64,000 nucleotides of DNA from Octopus vulgaris (lineage: Eukaryota), in contig OX597825.1 in the NCBI GenBank assembly GCA_951406725.2, positions 62,496,001 through 62,560,000 of the forward strand, in the 5' to 3' direction. This document shows positions 53,830 through 64,000 of the stretch, piece after piece. A model generated the notes under the pieces. That model was given only the letters and a program-made list of their open reading frames with translations, searched no databases and was not told the origin of the DNA. The stretch's first letter is position 1; each line of letters begins with the position of its first letter. Position numbers and translations under genes: made by a program.

Positions 53830-54320
53830 AGAAAAGTGCAGCATTAATGACAAAACATTTGTGGAGTAAACTTCAAAGCTTTTCAGAAACAACAATTTGA
53901 GTTTAGCAAACCAATTTGGACAGAATTATGGTTTTTATAACAATGGGAAAGATCAGATCTGAAAGCAGCTCCAGGAGTTGGGAAGAACGAATTTGTTCGT
54001 GGTCTGCTTCTGAGAACTATTCTACTGGACCTCTGTGCAATCTGGCATGCTAAATGTTGTTTTAAGGATTCACCATTGTGCTCCAGCATGCCTTTGCTGA
54101 TTTGGGGGTAAGTCTCATTTCCCTTCTCTCTTGAGACTCCATCTGATGTACTGAAGCATACCTTTGCTGATCATGAGAAAGTCTCTTCTTCCTGCTATCT
54201 TAAGACTCCACCTGATGTACTGCAGCATGCCTTTGATGATCTTGAAAAAGTCCCATGTCCCTTATCTCTTGAGACACTCGCATCCTGTTTTCTGCTATCT
54301 TCCTTGCTTGATAGATGTTT
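53830..54320 (-). mobile_element. Helitron RepHel N-terminal relic: STPR-like 23-aa repeats plus Cys-rich zinc-finger segment
   Basis: A 69-70 bp tandem unit (54084/54154/54223) reads ESQERREMRL/DQQRYASVHQ-like on the minus strand. It is followed by GAAFRSDLSHCYKNHNSVQIGLLNSNCCF*KALKFTPQMFCH*CC, cf. Helitron 'AAF.YDP..DY..H..V.IG.M...C..C.ALKF..E....CC'. Confidence 0.7.
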
Positions 54321-54366
54321 CTGGACATACATACACACACACACACATATATATATATAACAAAAC

Positions 54367-54404
54367 CTGTTACTCTGAGTTTCACGGTCCCGTTCATCAG
54401 ACAG
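54367..54404 (-). ncRNA. Minimal type I hammerhead ribozyme motif (Penelope pLTR type)
   Basis: Minus strand CTGT-CTGATGA-ACG GGAC CGT-GAAA-CTC A GAG-TA-ACAG: intact core, stems I, II and III, and a GUA cleavage triplet. Confidence 0.75.
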
Positions 54405-54417
54405 TTTTTGCTAGAAT

Positions 54418-54455
54418 CTGTCTGACGAACAGGAATGTGAAACTCAGAGTAACAG
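54418..54455 (+). ncRNA. Minimal type I hammerhead ribozyme motif (inverted partner)
   Basis: CTGT-CTGACGA-ACA GGAA TGT-GAAA-CTC A GAG-TA-ACAG, with AATAAA ~30 nt downstream. Confidence 0.72.
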
Positions 54456-54564
54456 GTTTTGTTGAATTTTTTCTGCTGCTTTTAAATAAAGCATATATAT
54501 ATATACATATATATATATGTATGTATGTATATATGTATGTGTATATATATATGTGTGTGTGTGT

Positions 54565-54615
<51 letters not shown>

Positions 54616-55459
54616 ATGGGCTTCTTTCAGTTTCTGTCTACCAATTCCACTCAGAAGGCTTTGCTCAACCCAAGGTTATAGTAGACAACACCTGCCCAAT
54701 GTGCCATGATCCTGGGACTGAACCTGGAAGCATGGGGTTGAGAAGCAAGTTTCTTACCACACAGCCACTCTTGTGCCTACGATTCTAAAAATAAACAACC
54801 ATGTCCCTGAAATCTCAAAGCAATAAGGTAATACATGACTATTCAAATCAATGTAAGTAAATAAACTTTATATTTGGTAGGGAGATCTGAATGCTAAAGG
54901 TCTAAACCTCAGGAGCAAGTAAAACAAAGAAACTAGTGTGACTGGAACTCTTATACCCTTTGTTGACACTTCAGAGAATTTAAGCCATAGAAGAATTTAC
55001 TTTTTTATACATTGACACAGTAAATATATAACCATTTTGATTTTTGGCAATAAATATATACAGTTGCACTTACCTTGATTCTGCCCTTCAGTACTATTGC
55101 AGATTAAACGAAAAATTATTTTGCTATTAAATCTGCTTTAACATAGAAACATAGAAAGGTTGAATCAAAAGAAATACACATAAACACATAAAGGATTTAA
55201 AATTAATACAGGTATGTGAAAAAGTATTTGCATATGAACAAATATTTGTCAGATGAAGTTTATATAAATACCAAACATTGAAAGAAAGTCTAATGATTTA
55301 ACAGATCAAATAGAAAAAATGAAGTTTCAAAAGAAGCTATAGACTATAAATATCAAAAAAGTGTAAATACTGTCAATGTGAAACCTTAAAATATATTATG
55401 CAGTTGAAAAAGACTCAACCCTATTGAATTGAATATTATAGAATACTATGAGATGACTA

Positions 55460-55832
55460 GTGGAGGCGCAATGGCCCAGTGGTTAGGGCAGCGGACTCGC
55501 GGTCATAGGATCGCGGTTTCGATTCCCAGACCGGGCGTTGTGAGTGTTTATTGAGCGAAAACACCTAAAAAGCTCCACGAGGCTCCGGCAGGGGATGGTG
55601 GTGATCCCTGCTGTACTCTTTCAGCACAACTTTCTCTCACTCTTACTTCCTGTTTCTGTTGTACCTGTATTTCAAAGGGCCGGCCTTGTCACTCTCTGTG
55701 TCCCCGAGAACTATGTTAAGGGTACACGTGTCTGTGGAGTGCTCAGCCACTTACACGTTAATTTCACAAGCAGGCTGTTCCGTTGATTCAGATCAACCAG
55801 AACCCTCGTCGTCGTAACCGACGGAGTGCTTC
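55460..55832 (+). mobile_element. Group B SINE, body variant 3 (young, CpG-rich)
   Basis: Same head as 50829. The 3' part GAGAACTATGTTAAGGGTACAC...CCCTCGTCGTCGTAACCGACGGAGTG is shared with 33640-33800 and 34402-34560. Confidence 0.82.
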
Positions 55833-56039
55833 CCTACGTGTATGACTCTAGTGGTTAGGCTGTTGCACTTATGATTGCTAGATTGTGGGTTCAGTTCCAT
55901 GGCTTGGTGGCGTGTGGTGTTCTTGAGCAAAACACTTTATTTCATGTTGTTTCAGCCTCCCTTTTGATCAGTAGGGGATGCTGGCCTGCTCTCCTAGCTA
56001 ACTGGATGGTATCATTTGAAGGCTAAAACTATGCAAAAG

Positions 56040-56458
56040 CAAGGCAGCGAGCTGGCAGACACGTTAGTGTGCCGGGCGAAATGCTTAGCGGTATTTCGTC
56101 TGTCGTTACATTCTGAGTTCAAATTCCGCCGAGGTCGACTTTACCTTTCATCCTTTTGGGGTCGATAAATAAAGTACCAGTTTCGCACTGGGGTCAATGT
56201 AATCGACTTAATCCCTCTGTCTGACCTTGTTTGTCCCCTCTATGTTTAGCCCCTTGTGGGTAATAAAGAAATAGGTATTTCGTCTGTCGTTACATTCTGA
56301 GTTCAAATTCCGCCGAGGTCGACTTTGCCTTTCATCCTTTCGGGGTCGATAAATTAAAGTACCAGTTGCACACTGAGGTTGATGTAATCGACTTAATCCC
56401 TCTGTCTGTCCTTGTTTGTCCCCTCTATGTTTAGCTTCTTGTGGGCAGTAAAGAAATA
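56040..56458 (+). mobile_element. Group C Tx1-tailed SINE dimer with a 16-bp TSD, inserted in an older group B SINE
   Basis: TSD TAAAAC(T/A)ATGCAAAAG at 56024-56039 and 56459-56474. Internal junction AAAGAAATA|GGTATTTC at 56273/56274. Confidence 0.88.
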
Positions 56459-56595
56459 TAAAACAATGCAAAAGTGAATTGTAACCAGTGATGTGTAACA
56501 ACATATAATTGCTTGGTCGGTCACATGGTCACTATTGATTGATTGATTCTAGTTTCAGCTTACGAGCTGTGGCCATGCTGGGGCACCGCCATTTG

Positions 56596-56603
56596 AAAAT
56601 AAA
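56596..56603 (-). terminator. Pol III terminator of tRNA-His
   Basis: TTTATTTT on the minus strand, 11 nt after the discriminator base. Confidence 0.6.
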
Positions 56604-56614
56604 CTAGCCGGTAC

Positions 56615-56686
56615 TGCTGTGACCAGGATTCGAACCTGGATTACCACGGCCACAACGTGGGGTCCTAACCACTAGACGATCACGGC
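56615..56686 (-). tRNA. tRNA-His-GTG: tRNA-His (GTG); possibly a mildly decayed copy
   Basis: Minus strand GCCGTGATCGTCTAGTGGTTAGGACCCCACGTTGTGGCCGTGGTAATCCAGGTTCGAATCCTGGTCACAGCA, 72 nt, full cloverleaf with GTG anticodon. It has a C3:A70 mismatch in the acceptor stem. Confidence 0.93.
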
Positions 56687-57892
56687 CGAGAGACCAGCTA
56701 CTATTAGATACTATATGTTAGAACTTTTAAGTGTTACAATGTTAATTACAAGAAACTAAATTCAAAGTAGTATATATGTAAATTAACCTCCAAATATTCC
56801 ATTTGAATTGAAGGTAATCTGCATTTTTGTCAAGGTGTGTTTTAGCAATACGAACTGATGTCTTTTGAAACATTAAATCTAAAACATCTGACTCAGCATT
56901 TTTGTCAGCAAAAATTTTTTGTAATATGTTCAAAAATGAGAATGCCAATTAACCTAGAAATATTTGCTTCTTAGATATAACCATTATAAATTTTGCAGAG
57001 AATCACTAGATCAATCATTGCCATTGTAAAATATTAATTAACACTTGTGGTTGAGAAAAATTAGCCAGCAATCTTATTACATATGGTGCAGTTTTATCTG
57101 GCTTATCTAAAAACTAAATACATTAAAAGACATTCTGCAGAATGAGTCAAATGGGTTTAATGAATTGGGAGTAATTATTGATTTGGATAATGCTGGATAA
57201 TTATCGCTAAATTTAGTTACCATTCACATCATTACTCTTTTACCCTTTTACATTTTTACTTGTTTCAGTCATTTGACTGTAGCCATGCTGGAGCACCGCC
57301 TTTAGTCGAGCAAATCGACCCCAGGATTTATTCTTTGTAAGTCTAGTACTTATTCTATCAGTCTCTTTTGCTGAACCGCTAAGTTACGAGTATGTAAACA
57401 CACCACCATCGGTTGTCAAGCGATTTTGGGGGACAAACACAGACACACAAATATATACACATAAATATACATATACATATATACAACGGCTTCTTTCAGT
57501 TTCCATTTACCAAATCCATTCACAAGGCTTTGGTCAGCCTGAAGCTACAGTGGAAGACACTTGCCCAAGGTGCCACGCAGTGGGACTGAACCCGAAACCA
57601 TGTGGCTGGTAAGCAAGCTACTTACCACACAGCCACTCCTACTAGAAAATATATATAAAAAATATTTAGTTTATTATTTTTTATGTGTTGCCAATTCTTT
57701 AGTGACCTCACTAATACTGGTGCAATGAAAAGAGCAGTCAGTATATTCCATAAAGTAGTTAGCATAAGGGAGGACATAAAGCTGCAGAAAACAATGCCAA
57801 AGAGGATAAAGAAGATGCAGTGCAGTTCTCTAGCTTGTTGGATACTGATGGATCTTCTAGGCTATGCCAATATTGAAGATGCCTGCTAAAGG

Positions 57893-57896
57893 ATGG

Positions 57897-57930
<34 letters not shown>

Positions 57931-58231
57931 AATGATGATGAAGAAGATGATGATGATAATGATGTCGATGAAGATGGTGACAATGATGATGATGATGATA
58001 AGGAGGAGGAGGAGGAAAATGATGATGATAACGATGACAATGATGATGACAACGATGGATATAAAGATGATGATGATTATGATGATGAGGATGATGATGA
58101 AGATGATGATAATGATGACGACAATGATGATGACAACAATGGCGATGAAGATGATGATGATTATGATGGTGATGATGATGATAACGATGACGGCAATGGT
58201 GATGACAGCGATGGATATGAAGATGATGATT

Positions 58232-58268
<37 letters not shown>

Positions 58269-58400
58269 CAACGATGGAGATGAAGATGATGATGAGTATG
58301 ATAAGGATGATGATGATGATGATGATGATAACGATGACGACAATGATGATGACAACGATGGAGATGAAGACGATGATGATCATGACGATGATTATGATGT
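57893..58400. repeat. Degenerate (GAT)n array with internal higher-order repeats
   Basis: Recurring unit GATAACGATGACGACAATGATGATGACAACGATGGA(T/G)ATGAAGATGATG. The array follows a decayed RTE-like tail. Confidence 0.9.
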
Positions 58401-58646
58401 TGTTTTACATAATCACAGAAGAAGGCTTTAAATTTATCAATAAATATCGACTTCAAGTGTCCATACTAGTATTTTCAGTTCTTTGTATTTTAGTAATGTA
58501 ATTGAGAATCTTTTCCACCATGCCAGCAATTTCGTAACTGTCATCATAAATCCTATTGTAAGAAACATTAGAAATTCATGATATCAGTCATTTCAGAAAA
58601 GTATGTCACCCAAGTGGTTAATGGTGTATTTCTACAGATACACACG

Positions 58647-58678
<32 letters not shown>

Positions 58679-58730
58679 TGCATGCATAATATAATATTTA
58701 TTCATATATACATATATATATATACATATG

Positions 58731-58783
<53 letters not shown>

Positions 58784-58844
58784 GTATATATATGTATACA
58801 TATATTTTCCTCGAATGTATGCATATATATATAATATATATATG

Positions 58845-58880
<36 letters not shown>

Positions 58881-58986
58881 AGTATATATATATATATATA
58901 TATATTGAAAGATAAATAGATAGATAGAGAGATAGATAGTTAGCTGGCTAGATACAAAGAGAGATAATGCGTATGTGTGTGTGTGT

Positions 58987-59019
<33 letters not shown>

Positions 59020-60734
59020 CTGAAACAAGCACATGCATATACACAATTAAATAATTGTATAAAAACAAAAAAAAACTGATAAAAGCAGAAAAGTACAATC
59101 ATATTCTATTTTATATGGAAATCAAGAAAGTTAAAAGACATTTTGGTCAATAGTCAATTCTGCATACTGGCAGCATTTCATTTCAGTTACAATAAATGAT
59201 AACAATATCAATATGACAAGTTTATGAAAATATACTGTTTAACCGAGCCAAAATATTACTTTCCATAAAGTTAGTTATTATATTTTTTTGGCTTCAATAT
59301 GCTTTTGTGCTAGTTATTTCAATATCTAACCTAAAGATAAGAGTTTATTGAGTGAAAGTACGATGGCATTAAAAAAGACTGTAGAAATTCGGTAAAATCA
59401 TTCCATAGATTGAAAACAGTGCAAGTAAGATGCTAGACAAAATGCTTATTGCATGAAAGAAAATTTGTGAATGTGGCATTTGAGCTTCAGTTGTCCATAT
59501 GTGTCTGTGCTGGAATGTACTATCATTATTGTCTGTTGACTTTACCCTCTGCCTCATTTCTATGATCACCATGGCATCCACTAATGAAAAAATCCACACT
59601 GGTTATTATAGCTTCCCTTAATATTACTAAACGGTTGTATTTTTGGTTATATATTTTTTTATTATTACTGTTTACTGCCATAACCAAGTCCTTTCCCTGA
59701 GGTTGAAGGTTTTTTTTAAAAAAATAGTTGAAATACATCCTTTACAAGGGACTGAGGAACTTGTCTTTAGCTAAAAAATAATACTGAGGTACATTACCAG
59801 TATTACATAGTTTGGTAAGGTGGCAAAATGGTAGAATCTTAAGCACACTGGTCAAAATGCTTAGTGACATTTCGTCTGTGTTTATATTCTGAGTTCAAAT
59901 TCTGCTGAGGTCGATTTTGCCTTTCATCTTTCAGGGTTGATAAATTAAGTACCAGATGTGTACTGGGGTCGATCTAATTGATTGAGCCCCTCCCCCAAAC
60001 TTTTGGGCCTTCTGCTTATAATAGAAAAGTAAAAAAAAAATAGAATTCCTAGGGTGTTTGAATATGCTTGGCAATGTTTCTTTTAGTTCCGTACATAATG
60101 ATTTCAAACCTGGAGATCGATAGAATGATGTTCCTGGCATTGATAAGATTGATATTATGGGGTAAATTTAATTCACTCAACTCGTGTACTGAAAAAACTC
60201 TTGTCTTGAGCTTAAATAAGAAATCATTATATAGTGGTGTAATAAAACACAGCAAACCTAACTTAAGAGTACAAGAAATAAAGATTCACATTGCATAAAT
60301 GTTGATATCAAGTGTACTAACACATACACAACTCATATATACATATAGAGAAATAGATAAGTTTTTATAAATACGACCTTTGCTTGTTTAACACAATGAA
60401 ACTACTATATTTAAATAGAATTTTTTCTTTCAACTGCTTCAGATCGGTTTATTAAATTTGTAACATCTCAAAAGTAAGACTGAAAGGAAATGATATAAAT
60501 AAATTTAATTTTATCCACTGGCTTGCAGATAAATTTCTGTAACACCATTCTCCTTGATATATATTGCATAGTGGTTTTCAAAAACAAGCAATGGTTTTTT
60601 TCTAAATATACCAAACTATCATCATAACTGTTATCATCATCCTTTACATAATAGTGGGTGTAGTTGCTGCATCATTTATTGTCAGATTAATTTTGGGCAT
60701 CAGAATCAGTACCAACATCACCATCAAGTTGTCG

Positions 60735-60802
<68 letters not shown>

Positions 60803-61889
60803 GGTGGTGATTGTAGCCTTTATTATCTTTGTTGTCAATGTTTTAAAGTTTATAGTTTCTATTTCAACATAGTTTAGGCAAATGTCTTCTTCTTCTTCTG
60901 ACCAGGCTATCAGATGTTACACATCACTAGTTACAAAGCACTTTGCATCATTTTATCCGTTGAAAGACTCCACCCCACTAGCTAGGCATGCAGGCCAACA
61001 TTCATCCCCTGATCAAAAGGGGGATTGGGGCAACAGGAAATAAAGTGTTTTGCTGAAGGACACAAAGGGCTGCCTGGTTTGGAGATTGAATCCACGATTT
61101 AGCAATTGTGAGCACAACAGCCTGAACACTAGGCCATGTACCTTCATTAGACAAATACACCTCACAAAATAAAGCTATTATTCAATGTTCCTTTTCATCC
61201 CATTTATAACATTCAGTGTTCCCCTTATCTGACCTCACCACTTCTTTGTATTTCTTCCTTGGTTTTTACAAGCATAACCATTCTAAAAAAAACAAAAGGA
61301 CACAACACCTATTCACCTTTACTCTACACATTAAGTCAAGCTGTTAACACTCAACTCCTGTGTGAATGAACCTTTCATGTATGTTAACACTATTCATCAC
61401 ACAAGCGATGAATTTCTTATCTCTTTCAAGCTCTTCTGATCTTATATTCAAAGCCTCTCTCTAATTGTCGTGTAACAATGAATCAACACAATATTTTTTT
61501 CACAGTTGAATTACTTGTTACAAATAACAGCCTCTTCTCACTTAATTCTTTCCAGGTATGCTATAGTCAATTTGGCTACTGCATACAGAGGAGCAAAACC
61601 TACACTATGTCCATGCAACATCACAGTTTGCAGTAAATAAATAATGTACTAGTCTACTATTTGAGATTTATTCTTCTACTTTCTGGAGAAAATCAGATTT
61701 GTTCAGACCTCAAGAGATGATACTCCCATACCTGGGTTGCTTACAATTCAGCTTATATAGCAACACCTTCGCTTCTGCATTAGGATAAAAATGCCTTTCA
61801 CATTAGTGAGTTTCTTTGTATTACCAACTTCCTAAATGATTCAGGATATCTGTTGATAATAAGCCTATAAATAAATCGAACTGAGGAGA

Positions 61890-62270
61890 GGGAAAAGACA
61901 AGAGCTCTTGAAGTGAGTAGCTTGTATGTCAGAGGCTTAGTGGAAGGGGAAATTAATAAAATTGTCTAAGATGTCTATGAGGGGGAGGACAGATATAAAG
62001 GCATCAAAGCAAATGAATAAATTCTGTTTATTAAATACAATGAATGGATTAGAGACATCAAAGAGAGCAGAGACACTGGGGAACATAAAGGTGAGAGAAA
62101 AGAAGAGGCCGACTAACTAAAATGGACATGTATAGAAACTGGGCTAAACAAGTGGTCAAGATTAATCTATAAGGGTCAGCTGTCTTGTTATAAGAAGCTG
62201 AGTAGCAGATTAGGGAGCAATATTCACAAATACAGTTTATGAATTTAGGGAATGTTCTGACAACATTGAT
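61890..62270 (-). mobile_element. Very decayed CR1/L2-group LINE C-terminal fragment
   Basis: FINCICEYCSLICYSAS resembles 'IRP.LEYCS.IW..AS'. The rest is only weakly similar. Confidence 0.4.
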
Positions 62271-63401
62271 TAAGTAAAATATAATACAAAAGTATATTCC
62301 ATATATTGTTGCCTTATTCCTGTTGAAATAAAGAAATTTTGTTTCAATTCGCATTTAAATTAAAACAAATTAAAAACAGAAATCATCAAAATAACTTCTT
62401 CATTAGTGAGTTTGTGAGGTAGCAGAACCGTTAGCACACCACACACTTTATGGTATTTCTTCTAACTTTAGGTTTGGAGTTCAAATACCACCAAAGTCAA
62501 CTTTGTTTTCATTATTTTGGGTTCAATAAAATAAGAACCAGTTGAGTGCTGGAGTCAATGGAATCAACTAGTTGCTGTCAGGAAAATTTCAGTCCTTTAC
62601 TCTTTTACTTTTTTCAGTCATCTGACTGTGGCCATGCTGGAGCACCGCCTTTTAGTCGAGCACATCGACCCCAGGACTTATTCTTTGTAAGCCTAGTACT
62701 TATTCTATCAGACTCTTTTGTTGAACTGCTAAGTTACGGTGACGTAAACACATCAGCATCAGTTTTCAAGTGATGTTGGGGGGGGGACAAACACAGACAC
62801 ACAAACATATATATATATATATATACGACGATCTTCTTTCAGTTTCCATCAACCAAATCCACTCACAAGGCTTTGGTCGGCCCGAGGCTATAGCAGAAGA
62901 CACTTGCCCAATGTGCCACGCAGTGGGACTGAACCTGGAACCATGTGGTTGGTAAGCAAGCTACTTACCACACAGTAAGTAGCATATGCCTATATCAGAA
63001 AGGATTATTAGTTAAGTGGGTGTTTGAAACAAATTACCTCAAAATTCAAAGGAATATTTTAATCTAGATCCCTTTAAACAGATAGTTTGAGTCAGAACAA
63101 AGAGACAGTCCCAAGCATATCAATATCAAATAGGTTAAGAGTGTATTGAATGGTTAAAAATATTAATTGATTTCCTCTACTTTGGTACTACTTTTCTTCA
63201 CACTTTGGGAAAGAATATTTCAGTATATGAACCACTTACAAATTTAGAACAAGTAGCATGCTTACTTAATATATATAGCTTCCTTATTACAATAAATTTG
63301 ATCGTACTTTCTGCAATGTGTACATACCAAACACAGATATTATTTCTGTTCTATAAATGATATCTTGTATAAATAGTGAAGCAGTATATGCAGACATCTG
63401 C

Positions 63402-63690
<289 letters not shown>

Positions 63691-64000
63691 TTGCACAAAA
63701 TTTTTAATTAAGAACTATATAACTTGTGCGTCTTCATGGCATCTTCAATATGTGTGAAAGTAATATACATTGGTTCACTTTCTTTTGTAAGGTAAATACA
63801 ATATATGGAGAGAATATCAATGCAAATCTCTGTTTAGAGAGTTGATGTGTAAGATATTTTCAGCTTCTAGAGCAGGGTGGGTCCTTGCGAAGTTTTCTAT
63901 CGGCCTCAGACGTAATCTAGAAAGCATTCAGATTTAAGGTATTTGTGAGCCACAGAGTAGCTTATAGGCTTTCACATAGTTTTTTATGTCGTGGTTATTT

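Noticed and set aside
61560-61800. Possible second Chapaev3 relic (QICSDLK...) on the plus strand
   Set aside because: Only one short motif is convincing.

Overview
AT-rich eukaryotic, repeat-saturated non-genic or intronic DNA. The microsatellite load ((TA)n, (CA)n, (TCTA)n, (GAT)n, (ATT)n) and the SINE/RTE families look like a coleoid cephalopod, most likely Octopus (inference from memory, not a search). I found no intact protein-coding gene. Almost all listed ORFs are microsatellite artefacts or decayed transposon pieces. Supported content: one tRNA-His(GTG) gene or pseudogene (56615-56686, minus); three abundant tRNA-like SINE groups; RTE, R4/Dong, Tx1/L1-like and Penelope retroelement fragments; many Tc1/mariner relics (Tc1, mariner, maT, rosa); a Chapaev3-like relic; a Helitron N-terminal relic with 23-aa STPR-type repeats; and several MITEs. 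Most notable: (1) a SINE whose 3' tail matches the 3' end of the Tx1-like LINE in this window and which repeatedly lands inside its own relatives at recurring sites with TSDs; (2) back-to-back minimal hammerhead ribozyme motifs in palindromes (54359-54463, and a ~930 bp palindrome at 7110-8040); (3) a two-donor templated insertion with microhomology junctions at 34243-34573. Family names come from recalled motifs, and identities were counted by eye.
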